64,000 nt of DNA from Yuukianura sp. NJ FZ-2021 (taxonomy: Eukaryota): NCBI GenBank assembly GCA_046563655.1, contig CM102288.1:4092001-4156000 (forward strand), written 5' to 3'. Below, one piece after another: positions 38,751 to 52,809 of the stretch. The translations under genes and the position numbers were made by a program. Under the pieces are notes generated by a model, which saw only the letters and a list, made by a program, of their open reading frames with translations, ran no database searches and was not told the origin of the DNA. Each line of letters begins with the position of its first letter. Within the stretch, counting starts at the first letter, position 1.

Positions 38751-40612
38751 TTAGTGATTACATCGTATGTGACTAGTTCCCCTCTCCAGGAAAATGCCGT
38801 GGAGTGCCTGTGGAATGTGAGCTCTGAACTGAGCTCTGCCCAACTCTGTCATCGTTTTTGCATCCAGGAACAAAACGAAATCGTTGGCCATCGGTGTCGT
38901 ATCGGTGACACAGGAAATGATTACCCCATCGTCTTCTGCTCCAGTTCCTTCCGGATTCGGGACAAACATGGGTTCACCCGGGTAGTACGCAGCACTCTCC
39001 TTCCACAGCAGTGTCTCCTTCTTCCTTACGTCCACCTTCCCAATGGCACTCTGGAAAAATCCTGGAGCAACCGATCCAGTAGCATAAATGTACGAGTACC
39101 GTTTCCCAGCAAACCGGTTGTTGATCATCGGTAATTCAAACCCCTTCTCAGCCAATTGTTCTCCGGTAAGAAAAATTACCGATCCATGTCGCACCGCCGT
39201 TGCATCGGTTTTGACATCTACTAAATTTTCTCCCTCAGCTACATCCCCGACATTTTCCAGTATCGGAACGACGTACCGAACGGCACACGGTTGATCCGGA
39301 ACGTCAACGATACCGTTTCTTAATTTGGCCAAGTACATGCTCTCAAGGACCTCGATACTTGGGTACGCGTTGACATCAATGATCAGCTGATCGCCTTCTT
39401 CGTAACAATTGATGAAATGCAGAAAGAAAAATGGAGTGTCGGATAAAAATTCGGTTTTGAGAACGCGTCCCGTTTCTTTTTCGACGACGAAAAATCGGTT
39501 TGGACACTCCGGTCGCCATTCCAGCCAATCCTTGAATGTTTGGGTCCCCTTGATGCAACTACTGATTGCTCTTGTGACGTTCATAACGTAAGGTTGTTCA
39601 ATGAAAATGAGATACTTGGAGGTCATGCCAAAAGAGTGGTTGAAGCTAAGGGCTCCGAAGAAACTAGAGTCGATTGTGCATAAAGTTTTGGATTTCTTGA
39701 GCAATTCTTTAGCCGTTTGCGAGCCGTTGGACGGTGGAATCTTGACGAAATGATATTTGCAACCAGTCAAAAGCGTGGAGCCAAGCTGATAAGTCACTCC
39801 TGTCTCTGGATCGGTCAGCGGATGGGCACTGGCGACATTCAGCCCAAAAAACTTGTTCGTGTCGTAACGGTCGCCAGAGTGAAGGCCGCAGGCGTCAACT
39901 TGCCGGAAAAAACTGGTTTCGGAAGAAGCGAAAAGCTCGTTGGCCAATTTAAACAGCGAAAGCGTGTCGTTGTCCGTAAGCTCAATGGGGAGCTGAAGAA
40001 AAATTAATGGAAATAAAATTGGCCAAATTTTTTTTTTGAAATTTTTCAAAATTTTGGATTTTGAAACTTACAAATCGTGCAGTGAGTTTTGAGAAGAAGC
40101 CTTTTTGCGGATCTGGATAAGCGCGAGTTCCATATTCGCAAAAAACCGGTTTTTTCGCAACTTCCGACCTTTTGTAGGCTTCACTTTGCAGAAATTTTTT
40201 GTTGAACCGAATTGTGTCTCCGATGATTTCAAACCGACTCAAAATTGAGTAGCCATCGAGCCAATGGTTCATCGTGAATTTTTCAAAGTCAAATTTTCCT
40301 AAATTTCAAAATTTTGAAAAATTTCAGTCCACTGTACCCCTCTCACACTGTGTTTAGTTTTGCAAAAATTTCCAGAAAATGATTCTTACCTGGACCAACT
40401 CTAATGTACGCCGAACCGCTCAGCCAATGCGGGATTTCCCCTAAAATTGAACAAACAAAAATTTGTTTTTGAAAAATCTAAGATTTTCAAAAGATTTCGA
40501 AAAAATTTTTTTGTTCGTTCGAAATTTTCTTACCGTCGACACGTGCTTCCTCCCCCTGCTCCAATTCCTCCGTCGTTCTAAACAACTTGTGGAGTTGATG
40601 TTCCTCTGGCAT
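38751..40612 (-). CDS. Carotenoid cleavage oxygenase (BCO/RPE65/NinaB superfamily), paralog 1, 4 exons
   Basis: Exons 40612-40534, 40440-40390, 40298-40072, 39992-38751. GEIPHWLSG..IRVGPG, HWLDG, EYGT.AYPDP, four Fe-ligand His (AHPL, NHSFGMT, LHFIN, LHGIF), FELPMIN, PGEPMFVP, EDDGVI. Confidence 0.95.
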
Positions 40613-43600
40613 GATTCAAATTCAAAATTTGGAAATTTGCACAAGTAATTAAAAGTTGAAAATTTTTGCAAAAATTGGGCAATGCACTGAGAATGTGATC
40701 CCCTCGATTTCTGCCTATTCAACACACAAAACACGACTCTATTGTTATTTAATTGGTCTCTCAACTAACATATAACAACAACACTAAGAGATAATTTTTT
40801 TGCAAATCCAATTTTCGCACAGGAGAATGAGCTCACAATTTCACTTTCAGTTATGCGAGTTCCCTTGGTTAGGAGTGAGTGTGGGGCCCTTACACCACAG
40901 AAGGATATGCAGGAGGAGTTCGTCCTTGCCAAATTTCGCCAAAGTCTCAAAATTTTTGCAAATTTTTGCAACTAGTACGGAAGGTCAAAAAGTGGTGCAA
41001 CTTCCGACACGATTGACAGACACGGCGCCGCCTCCCTCCTTTGTCTCTGTCTGCCAATAATAGTTAAGATAATTTTGCCAATTTTGATTTCAATTGCGTG
41101 CTTTTTGCAAAGTGCTTAATTTTTGGGAACTCGAAGTGAACCAAAACTAAAATTGCATTTTGTTGCCTCAAATTGCTTTTATAGGGTCACACCGTTGGGT
41201 CTTGTGTGAGGCTTGAGAGGAAGGTGCCTCAAACACTCTATTGTGAGTGTTACGTGCTATAAACACTTGATGAAAGTGTTATCAGAGTGTTATACGTTAA
41301 CAACAATACTGCCAGTAGGTGGTGACCACTGTGACGTCGTTACAAGGTTGACATTTTCCTATGTAACATTCCCCAACGACTAGCGTCTTCATCCAATCGT
41401 CAGTCGCCAGTTGACCTCCAAGACTACTTTTTTAGCCAAAAAACTTTGACCTCGCTAGTGGCCTGACACACGTCAATTTGCTAAATTATTCTCCATTTCC
41501 TGCTCCGCTTCACGCAAAAGTCATGGAAATTTTGGTCAAAAACAAAATGTTCAAGTTCAACCACTCACGACTTTTTGGAATTTGATAAACAGTTACTATG
41601 TTTTAAGGGATTCGAACTTTAGAAATGAAAAAAAGTTAAAGAAAACGAGAAATCATGTTGAATTTACACATTTTTACACACATTTTCAGACACGCGAAAA
41701 CATTCCCTCCACGATTTTCGCAAATCGTGGTTCTCTCCCGTGTTAAATTCAAGGAGACAAAAATTTTGAGCTGTAAAAAGTCGTAAATGTGAGAATTTTT
41801 AGGAAAAAAAAGTGTAATTAGGAGATGGAGGTCACAGCATTTGCTAGTCAGTGACCCTGGACATCAGAATTTGAGTTGACCTTGGGAACTGGGAAAACAC
41901 AGATCAAATGATGTCCAGTTAACAAGAATTTGTTACTTTTGAGGTCAAATGGGTGGATATGAAAAGTCGCAATTTTGAAAAGTACTTTGTCTTTGGTCGT
42001 TGAACGAACACCATTATGGATGTTGATGATATTTGAATGTTTCATGGACAAAATAGTTTGCAAAAAAAGTAGAACAGGAAGAAAAGGAAGTAAACTGTGA
42101 ATGACGACCAGTTTTTGTTTGACTTTGAGGAAGGAACTTGTAAATGTAGAGATGAATTACTCTGAATTACTCAGAAACCAAAACACAATTCAATTACTGG
42201 CTCAACCGGAAGTCCCTTCATACTTTGTCCAATTATGAACTCAATAACAAATTTCTTGGAATTAGTCACCTCCAGAGGTCAATTTGGCAGATGAAGAAAA
42301 AGACAATCTTCTCGACAAAAATCTCCTCTTTGTCCATGGTAATTGGTAAATTTTCTTTGCTGACATTTGCACAGAATTAGTACTAAATGCATAGAAAGTA
42401 CTAAAAAAAGTTTTCGAAATGCCAATAAGAATAACTACGAGACCTTGAATGAGTTATTAATTGATGGAAAATATTGAAGGTCACTTGTCATTGATCTGAA
42501 AACGTTTAGCTCATTTTCTGCGTCACTTACAATTGGATCATGGTAAAAAATTAATCAATTCAAAATATGATTTTTTGTCTCTCTAATTACTTTTTGAGAA
42601 ATGATGGATTTGAGGAGTGGAAGGTCAAAGTTGAGAATCGTCACTTTTTTATAGTTTTTGAAATAAAAGAGAATGTGAAGAGTGAACCAGTACCCTACCC
42701 TGTCCCTTGAAGAACAAGTTGAAATTTTTGAAGGGGGCAGACGCAGGGCTACGTGGTGAGTGACACGACGTGGTGGATCTGAACACATGTAACTGTGTAC
42801 ACCCATACTAATTTTGAGTTGATTTAACAATGATTATAATTTTCACTTCACGAGGAATGTCATCTCACGCAGAGATTTGGCAAAGGGACCCCCTCATCTT
42901 CAAATCACATCTTCCCATTTTTACAACAACCAAGATTGACTAGCTCAACTAAATGCTCATGGTTGAGGAGAAACAAAAGAAGCAACTCTAAGGCACGACT
43001 ATTCAAAAATAAGTTCAGAAAATTTCATATCTAAAAGTTCGAATCTGATTTTGATTTCAAAATTCAAAGATGAGAAGATGACATTCTTAAAATTTCACAT
43101 TTTGCATTGTTCACAGATCATCTCAAGGCCGATCTCAATCGTCACTTCGCTTTGTGCCGAAAGTTTTTTTTCCTAAATCTACCCAGTGCAATTTTTAATT
43201 TTTTTCACAAGAGAAAAATTCACGTGGCGTCGAACAAAAACTAGAAAAACTTTTTTTGTTCCCGTGTTTTTACAACAGAAAATTGAGAATTTTCTCTCTT
43301 TTTTTTCGAATCTCTGTGGAAAATGTATTTCGGAAACTCATTTTTCGGTTGATTTATTTGTGCATGCGAAGTTTTTTTGGCGCATACAAGAAACAAAGCG
43401 TAGAGAATTTCACTTGTCATCGATCGCTGATCGCTGCTGTAACCCAAAATGCACTGGATTGTTCCACAAAATTTATTTCTGCTGTCCTTTTCTTCAGAAA
43501 CTCCCACCAGAATACGAAAAAACAAAAGTAAAAGGTCATGAAATGTTTGTTCTTCTGGAAGTATCAGAACTAAAATTACTAACTTTAGTCATCGGAAGTT

Positions 43601-44090
43601 CTAAATGAAAGTGCTGGAAGCACAAGCAACTTCCAATCATTCCTAGGAATCTCCTTTCTGCAAAACCAACTCTCAAATGTCAAAAGGAACAAAAAAAAAC
43701 AATCATTGGTAGCGTGACCTCGAAGTTTACAAAAGATTCTCAGAAACTGTGTCTTTCGAGATTTGAGAAATGGCAATATCTGTATGTTCCAAAAATAACG
43801 ATGCCCGCGGGCATTCGGTTCTGAAAGTGGAATGTTCATTTTTAATTGATTTCGGAAAAATGTGAAACAATTGTAATCGTTTCAAGTCCCCTTTAACCCA
43901 CAACTTGACTAGAACGTGTCTAAAAACTTACTGAACATGAAGGGAGTAACTACGCACTACTGGGAGTACTAAGCACAGTAACAAGAAGGAACTATTCCAT
44001 GAATTATCCACAAATCTTGTAAGGATCTTGGAGTATTTCAGATCAAGAAGACAAGCTTTGCTAATGGAAGGGCCCCCCTCACTTATTTCC

Positions 44091-45127
44091 TTAGTCAGTT
44101 GCATTGACAGTGATGGTCTTGCCCTTGGGGTCATCAAATCTGTCCATGGTGTGAACATTCGATAGCATTTTTATACCCCATGAAAGGAGACCCAGTAGGA
44201 TAAGGGCCACGAACCATCCAGACAGAATTCCAATTGAGAAGAATCCAACACAGTCATAGCTCCTTCCGAACTTTAAATCACCTTTGATGAACGGTTGGAG
44301 CTGAAAGTAAAACAATTAACGCAAAGTTTATATTTAGTAAGTCGTGTTAATTGAAATCGTGTTTTGATTATTTACTACAAGATCTTACTTGTAAGTCAAA
44401 CAGTTCTACAGATACTGTTGAGTTGGGCCTGGTTTTGAGGTCTTGCGGAGTGAGCTTCACTGAAAGTGGACCGAATCGACCACAGTGGAATGACATTTTA
44501 GTTGGAGCTTCCATGGCCATCCTGGAGAAAAGTTGTCGTGGTGTAGAACCAGGCAGTACTTTATCTCCAACTGTAATCTTCCCATCCAAAGTAGCGTTAA
44601 CCAGTTTCCAGTATCCTCCACTTCGTCCCAGTTTCAAACTACGAAAAGACAAATGCAAAAAGTCAAAAAACTGAACCATGCTGCTGGATTCCACTGGACA
44701 TTAAGATGACGTTGAACTTACTGTAGACTAAAATTTTCGACTAAAGCAGTGGTAGAATTTCCTCTAGGGTAGTCAATGTTGATTGTTATGTTGGGAGCTT
44801 GGCCCGATCCCGTTACAGTTGCCTTTTCCATATCTTCTAGTTTGATACGCTGGCTACAAAAATAAGTAACATTCACGATAAATAAGTATGGCTTCATCTT
44901 TTCTTAAACACCTAATTGTAATTTAATTTGCTAACATAACTAATTGATTACCTGAGCTTAGTTGCTTGATCAGTGACGATTAGGTGGACTGCCTGGAGGT
45001 AGACGAGTGTATCGTTGTTATCACCTACTACATAAGGTCGGTATACTTCTTTTGTGGCAGCCAGTGAACCTGTTGCAAGTATTCCTACTGTGACTGTCAC
45101 ACATAGGAATAGATTAGTACCTCTCAT
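44091..45127 (-). CDS. ATP6AP1: V-type ATPase accessory subunit S1 (Ac45/ATP6AP1)-like, short form (~255 aa)
   Basis: Exons 45127-44952, 44853-44722, 44638-44389, 44300-44091. Signal peptide, APTKMSFHC, DLQ|LQPF, FGRSYDCVGFFSIGILSG, TM, and the family tail TMDRFDDPKGKTITVN. Confidence 0.9.
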
Positions 45128-46692
45128 TTTCCAACACACCTCACAAACTAATTAACAATCTCTCTAATTAACTAATTACTCTAAAACAATTAATCAATTA
45201 ACTCAATTGCTAAAGAATGGGAACTCGATAAACATATGATTTGTGTATAGCGACTACACCCCACAATTTTTTTTAGAAAATGAAATAGGGCGGGGCAACA
45301 ACATTTGAATTTGGCGCTAATTTTTGAAAGTGAAGATGACGCTGCGTCATTCTCTTATCCACATGAAAGGCATTTCAAATCCTTATTCTCTCAAATTCAT
45401 GTATCAGCGCCGTTTAAAATTATTCTGGATATATTTTTCATAGTATAAATTCAAATACACCACTAGATTTTGTAATGGATGGAAGAAAAACTGTCCGATG
45501 TTTCACTTTTACCTATTATGCAAGCAAAAATGGCAAATTTCAGCGTGTTCAGGTCAAGGTCAGGTCACCCACTTTTAGCATTTTCATTAAAAGAGTTTGT
45601 AAAAGTTAATTAATCGATTAACTAAGTTTTTCCGCGCGTGTCCACTCCATCCATTGTTGTTTAAGCTAAAGCCGACGTTACATCCGTTTTCCTTGTTCCC
45701 GAACGACGACATATCTTGCATCATGTTTTGAACAGGACACTATCCATACTTGGACTGTTTGATGTTGTTAGTTAACTATTATGTTTGAATAACCGTTGTG
45801 ATTCATACTGTTACTGTTCAGGTAAGCCAAAAAGCACTGATCATTCATTTGCGTCAGTCACATCCCCAGACAGCCCACAACTTAGCTTAATGGTTGAGGA
45901 TTTGGGCGGAGTGAAAGTTGGTGATCCGCATCAGTCGATGTCCTACATTTGGAGTAAGCTGCATGTGCCAATTGTCTTGGCACATGCGGCCACTGTATCA
46001 CTAATTATGGAAGTTACGCAAGTATGAGCCATCATGGGTAAAGACGCTGAATACAATGAAATACAACCTGTCTTGACTCTTACTTCAACTAAAACATGCA
46101 ATAAGTCTCTTTCCATTTCAGCTTTGAACTTTGCACAAGAACGAAGGTTATTGTCAATTTTTGCCCAATCGCAGGAGTTGCAGCAGTTGTTGATCAAAGT
46201 GAGTCGTCGCCCTGCATTCACAAACAGTCCATTCTTAGTTACTGGTGAGCGAGGAGTTAAAAATAGACAAAAGTCATTTGAGGTGACTACGAACAAGAAA
46301 AACCACGAACGTTTTGGAATTTAGCAAAACAAAAAACCGAGGTGTTTTTATAACTTTTTTGGCAGGGAAGGTTTTTGGTTGCAATTGCAAGCAACGTTGA
46401 AGAGGGGTTCAGAAGGAGGGCTGACGCAGTAAATTATTGTTGGTAATTCCCATTTTTGCTCAGGTAAAGAGTAAATTTGCACACCAAAGTCCTGATCATT
46501 GTTTGCAGTTCCTAGGAAGACGTGAAGTCCATCTGAGGTTTGATTGTTGACATTTCTAATTCAGTCTTCATTCATTCAGGATACAAATTACGCCAAAAAC
46601 CCACACGAGTCACACAGAACGATTACGAAGTTGCTACAAACAACATACAAAAAGTGCAAAACCGACAAACGGACCTTCAATTTTCCTAAAAC

Positions 46693-48714
46693 ATGGCAAA
46701 TCTGTCCCGACTTTTCGAAAGTGCTGTGGAGCTGACTGAACCAGAAGAGACAACTGCAACTGGTGAGCTTAATTGAAGTAAATGTCAATTAAGTTAAGTT
46801 AATCAAACACTAGTCAACTTAAGTTTTGGTTAATTACTTAAGGTGATATTCCGGAATGGCTCCGCGGAACTTACGTTCGAGTCGGCCCAGGTACGGCTGT
46901 TTTCCAGTTGAACAATTTTTTAGGTTAATTTTTAGAGGAAATTTAGTTTGTATGATATTTTGTAGGGAAATGGGACTTGGACCACTTTACAATGAACCAC
47001 TTTCTAGGTAAGTGTGATCTAAATGTGCAAATTTTGTGTATTTTTGCAAACTTTCAACACTAAATATGTGTTTTTGCAAACTTTCATTCACTGATTTTTT
47101 GTTTAGATGGATACGCTCTTCTTTCAAAATTTGAAATTCAAGGGAAAAGTGTAAAATTTCACCAAAAGTTTTTGCAATCGGATGCTTACTGCAAGGGAAT
47201 TGCTGCCGGGAAACCAGTCGCTACTGAATTTGGAACCAAAGCTTACACGAATGTCGCCAACAAAGGAATTTTCTCTAGAATCATTTCATCACTCGTAAGT
47301 TCAATTTCGAAAAAAATCAAAAATTTAGAACAGGACGATGGGAATTTCAATTTGAGCTCTGAAATTCGCATTTCAGCGTTACTTCTTATTTCTTTTTCCA
47401 GACTCCGCCGGAAATGACAGACAATGCTGTGTGTTCTCTGTTTGAACTGCCAAATAAAGATCTTTTCGTCACTTCCAACACCACGTTCTTCCGGCAGGTC
47501 AATGCCCGTGACCTGTCGACTGGTGACAAGTACGACTACAGCAAGTGCTTTGGTGTCAACGGAGTCAGTGTCCATCCTCTGAAAGATGTCAATGGAGATC
47601 TGTACAACATTGGATTCTCTGTCACCACTCGACCCAAGTACAACGTCATCCGGATTCCAGCCGACGGGAAATACGGAACTCCTGACGATCTCTTGCGACA
47701 CTCTACCACTCTTGCGTCAATTCCAACTCGGTGGAGCATGGGCGTGGCTTTCTTCCACAGTTTTGGCATGAGTGACAACTTTATCATCTTCATTGAAATT
47801 CCGTATGTCATCAGTTTGACCAAAGCTGCAAAGTCATTGATCAAGGGAGATGCTTTCAAGGACTGGATGGAGTGGAGACCGGACGAAGTCGTCAAGTTCT
47901 TTTTAGTGGAAAAACGAACCGGAAAAGTTCGAAAAGTGGACTACATCGTCACCAAACCTTTCTTTTTTCTTCATGTCATCAACTGCTACGAACAAGAAAA
48001 TCAGGTCAGAGGTCAACATTTCATAAATCTAATGTCATCTGTCAAAATTTTGAGTCTGCATTTCAAAATTTTTAGTTTGTATTTCACTTTTTCCAGATTG
48101 TGATTGATCTCAATGCCTACGGGAGTCCAGCAGTCATAGATTCCTTGAACATCGAATCTCTTCGTCACAATTCTCACATCGACGCAGTGGATCCTCCGTA
48201 TATAACTCGATTCGTCTTGCCCTTGACCTCAGACGCGTCGTCACTCCGATCCGGAGTGAATCTCGTGACACTTCCAAATTGCTCTGCCAGGGCTGTGAAA
48301 CACGGCAATAACCAAATCGTTTTACATGCAGAAGTTCTCACTCCTCCAGGACTGGAACTCCCTTCAATCAACCCGAACTTCCAGGGAAAGAAGAATAGTT
48401 TTGTGTATGCTTCTGGAACAATTTGCAGAGACCAGTTCACCAACTCCATTTGTAAAGTCAACTTAATCTCTAAGGAGAGACTGATGTGGGAGGGGTCAGT
48501 GGGCGACTATCCTGGAGAAACACTGTTCATTCCTGAAGTCACTTCCTCTACTTCAGACAAAGAAGATCAAGGAATTCTCATTTCCGCTGTGTCCACTCTG
48601 GACAAACAAGATTTCCTGGTTTTTATCAATCCGAAGACCATGCAGGAAATGGGCAGAGCAACTTTCAAGGCCAGAATTCCACAAGCCCTACACGGATTGT
48701 TCTTGAGGGACTAA
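46693..48714 (+). CDS. Carotenoid cleavage oxygenase, paralog 2, 6 exons
   Basis: Exons 46693-46762, 46843-46890, 46966-47007, 47107-47294, 47402-48004, 48097-48714. GDIPEWLRGTYVRVGPG, HFL|DG, EFGT, VHPL, FHSFGMS, LHVIN, LELPSIN, LHGLF. Confidence 0.95.
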
Positions 48715-48761
48715 AAACTTTAGAGCAGAAACTTTTTAGGATTTGAAAAAATTGAGATTTG

Positions 48762-48837
48762 TGGCGAAACGGCAACTTTTTTAAACTAGAAACTTAGAAT
48801 GGCGAAACGGCAACTTTTTTAAACTAGCAGCTTAGAA
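48762..48837. repeat. Two-copy 38-nt tandem duplication in the 3' region of oxygenase paralog 2
   Basis: tggcgaaacggcaacttttttaaactagaaacttagaa / tggcgaaacggcaacttttttaaactagcagcttagaa. Confidence 0.85.
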
Positions 48838-49312
48838 TAATTTTTAGTAGTAATGTAAAGGAGAAAGGAATTTCAATTCTCAATTCAATTTGGTACTAGT
48901 AGTGGAGTTTTAAATTTTCGTAAATTATGGCAATAAAATTTCGCAAGTATAACTGTGGCATGAAGAGATGAAAGATGAAAAATTGACGTAGATTTGCACT
49001 GAACATACAAATGGTGACGCTTTTATTGTTGATTTTAATGAATGTGCAATTTACCATTGATTTTTTGGGGGTGAATTTTTATCCCACCCCTATTTGTTCC
49101 ACCCCCTGATAGAGTGGGGGTTGGTTTGTGAGGGGTAGTTTTGAATGTGTTTTGCAGATGAGCATCAAAGGGGATGAAAAGGCTTATCACCCTCACATCT
49201 TCTTCAGTTTTCACTTTGGTTTACTTGTCAAAACGACTCACGTTGTTCCTCGTTCAACTTTTGTTTTCTAAAAATCGAGAAAGGTGTTTTGAAAAGAAGA
49301 AAGCTGGAGAAG

Positions 49313-51797
49313 ATGCCTGCGAATCCCAATCCACAACCGAAACTATTTTACAATGCTGAAGAAACTGAGAAGTCGGAGTCAGCACTCGTCCAAGGTACAA
49401 TTTCATCTTAAGTATCAAAATTCAAAACATTTAACTTCTTCACGGCCAACACGTCACTTAAAACCAAAATTTTGCTTTGTTTTTATTGGACTGATTCCAC
49501 TTGTTAGTTAGGATTGTGCAAACCTCAGGAATTTGTGAGAAGAAATATTTTCATAGTTTCTAAATACTAATAATTTTTCAAAATATTAAATATGTGTAGA
49601 TTAGATTGTTGAATTTATTATGAAACTGAGGTGTTTAGGTTCTCATTGTGTTAGTGTGTCAATGTGATCAACATTTTCGAGTGTCAAATTCCTCAAAGTG
49701 GCACACTCGAAAACCCGTTGCATCTTTTACTCTTCAGAGCAAATATTTTGGATGCAATTTTTTGCAAAGTAGTTTACAGTGGCAGAAGACCTTGCAAAAA
49801 TAATTTTTAGCGGTTAACAACACGTTCACCATCAACTGTCCTTGCAAAAACTTTGCATTTTCTAGAAATTAGGATCATTTAATTGCTAAGTTTTCAATGA
49901 AAAATGTTGTTGTTTTTTCACCTATATAGGGAATGTTCCGGCCTACGTCCGTGGGACCTTCATACGCGTTGGCCCCGGTAGAATTATTGTGATTTCAAAA
50001 ATTCAAAATTATGAAAATTTTGGAAACTATTTGGAAATTGTTTTTAGCAATGTGGGATTTACCCGAGGCGAAAATGGCCCACTTTCTGGACGGTTATGCA
50101 ATTTTGCTAAAATTCGGACTTGATGGGAAGAATGTGACTTTTGACAAGAAGTTCCTGGAGTCTGACGCCTACAAACGAGCAATGGCTGCCAAGAAACCAG
50201 TCGTCAATGAATTTGGAACAAAGTAATATAAGTATGAATATAAATATAATATTTACTTATATTTTATAATATATTTTTAGAGCATTTGCCGATACGAGCA
50301 AGTCATTCTTCTCCAGAGTAGTTGCAAGTTTGGTAAGACTTTGATTTGAACAAGGTTTATTGATGAAATCTACTTTTCCAAAATTTTCTAAAACAGATGC
50401 CCGAGCTTTCCGACAACAACTACTGCACTCCATTTGAATTCAATTCGGAGCTTTTTCTTGGAGCAGAGTCCGGAGCATTCCGAACTCTGAACGCCGGTTC
50501 GCTCTGTTCTTCGGATCGACACGACGCCAAGAAATGTTTCGGTTGTGAAGGTAGAAGCAAATGTAGTTTTTCATTTCAACAAAGGTTAAAGGTCAATGTT
50601 TTCTGTCCAGGATTCACTGCTCATCCCCTGAAGGACGACCAGGGGAACTTATATAACATGGCAATGTCTCTGAGCATGACTGCTCTCAAGATGAATATCC
50701 TCAAAATCCCTGGAGTGGGGTCAGACGGGGTCAAATCCACCAAAGACTCTATGAAAAAAGGAAAAGTCTTTTGCACATTGCCGAACCGCCGTGCCGGTGC
50801 CGTGAGTTCTCCGCACAGTTTCGGCATGACACCCAACTACATCATTGTCGTTGAGCATCCGCACTTTATTCCAATCTCCAAAGTGCTCAGGTTAGCCTAA
50901 CTTGATCAAATCAACCTAACGTTAACCTAATACTAAACCTAATCAACATTTTCAGCTCATTGGTCAAAGGAACAACAATCAACGAGTGGTTCGAGTGGCA
51001 TCCGGAAGACAAAAACGCTTTTTATGTCATCGACAAACGAACAGGAACCATAGTCAAGACAAACTACATCACGACTGACGCCTTCTACTTTATGCATTTC
51101 ATCAACTGCTACGAAGAAGATAATCAGGTACTTCAATAAAAAGTTCAAAATTTCGGTATTTGAAAATTTAGGAAATATTGCATTTCAGATAATCGTGGAC
51201 ATCAACTGCTACGACTCTCCAGAAGTCGTTGAAACTCTGAACTTGACGAAACTTCGAGCCGGCGAAACCGAACTGAAGGATCATCCCTACGCATGTCGCT
51301 ATGTTCTTCCCCTCGTTGAAACTCGGACTGTTGCTGAAAATGTTAACTTGGTCACTGTCAAAGCCACGAGTAGATCCGTCCGAGTAGGTGACCAAATCGT
51401 GCTCAGTCCAGAAGTTCTTACTGAAATCCGTGGAGCAGAACTGCCCTGTCTGAATCAAAAATACTTTGGGAAGAAGTACACTTACTACTACATGGCTGGA
51501 ACTTATAACCCCTCCCACTTCTCCCATTCCATTTGCAAGGTCAATGTAGACAAGAACGAGATCATGGTATGGAAAGACAACGAATTCAACTACCCCTCTG
51601 AACCAATGTTCGTGCCGAATCCGAACGGAACTTCGGAAGACGACGGAGTGCTGCTCAGCTCTGTGACGGACTCGAGACCGGAAGCGAAGGACTTCTTGCT
51701 GTACTTGGACGCAAAGACATTGACGGAACTCGGGAGAGCGTATTTCGCAAACAGAATTCCAACGGGACTGCACGGCATTTTTGTTCCGTCGACGTAA
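49313..51797 (+). CDS. Carotenoid cleavage oxygenase, paralog 3, 8 exons
   Basis: Exons 49313-49394, 49930-49977, 50048-50222, 50281-50332, 50397-50550, 50611-50890, 50956-51127, 51189-51797. GNVPAYVRGTFIRVGP, HFLDG, EFGTK, AHPL, PHSFGMT, MHFIN, AELPCLN, PSEPMFVP, EDDGVLLS, LHGIF. Confidence 0.95.
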
Positions 51798-51828
51798 ATT
51801 TAGTACAGAATGGGCAAAAATTAGTATC

Positions 51829-51888
51829 AACCAATCACAATGCAACAAATTTTGCACTAGCCAATCACAATGCTAAAAATTTTGCAAC
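51829..51888. repeat. Two-copy ~31-nt tandem in the 3' region of oxygenase paralog 3
   Basis: accaatcacaatgcaacaaattttgcact / gccaatcacaatgctaaaaattttgcaac. Confidence 0.7.
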
Positions 51889-52809
51889 GACAAAGTCGTT
51901 AACTTTGAAAGTGAAAGCAACTTTCTTAAAACTTATTGAAAAAACTATTTTCAAAAAAAAAAACGTCGACGCCACATAAAAAATGAAAATCCTGAAATAT
52001 GAAATGTACACATAAACGCATAGACTTTCATTGGTTCCCATTACGAACTTTTATTCTCCACACGACAATTTTTCTATCTCAAACAGCAAAATTTCAACTG
52101 GCGTTTCACTTTAGCAAAACTTTTTCAAATTAAAATCTTTATAAAAAAAATCTACCTACGTAAGTTATAGTAAATTAAAATTTATGAAAAACGATTTTGC
52201 ACATTTGAAAAACGTAAATTAAAATAAAATTTCAATCTTTGAGGTTTTGGATTTTGGGGCCCTTGAGTAAGCTGTGGAAGCCTACTGCAGGGCTCAATAG
52301 ATTTTTATTGCCAGATACACAAACATACAGTCCTTGATTAATTAATTACTTTTTAGTACAGGGAAATTGCAAAGTGAAAATATTTGCGAAAATTGTGGAC
52401 TAATAAAAATAAGTGCTAAAGTGCAAAGGAGTTGAAACAGTAAGATGATTTTTAGCTGGGGAATGCTGACGTAAGGCTTTGTCGTTCTAAGAAGTTAACA
52501 CTTATTGCTTCCTGTGGTGACTAATGCAATCAAAGGTCATTCCAAACACATCAGAGGTCAAAAGTCACCCTGCAACAACACTTTTCGAAGTTAGTCTTCT
52601 GCATTCCGCAATGCTGCAAAATACTGCGAATAACATAACATATTATAAATGAAAACTTAAAAACCGCCACCAATTGAACCGAAACGGTCGAATATCTATT
52701 GGAACGTGCAGAGTAATATGTTAATTTGGGAAATTAATTTAGATTTCAATCATTCATACGGACAAAGCCAGTAGTTTTGTCTATGTGCTGGGATACTTGG
52801 CAGCATCGT

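Noticed and set aside
37753..39134. Plus-strand ORFs of 176 aa and 126 aa
   Set aside because: Antisense shadows of the MSP-domain gene and oxygenase paralog 1.
45785..46324. Overlapping 80-117 aa ORFs between the Ac45-like gene and oxygenase paralog 2
   Set aside because: No recognisable domain or phase-consistent exon chain. May be UTR or non-coding exons (donor-like sites at ~45821 and ~46463) but cannot be supported as CDS.
51168..51857. 229-aa minus-strand ORF
   Set aside because: Antisense shadow of the last exon of oxygenase paralog 3.
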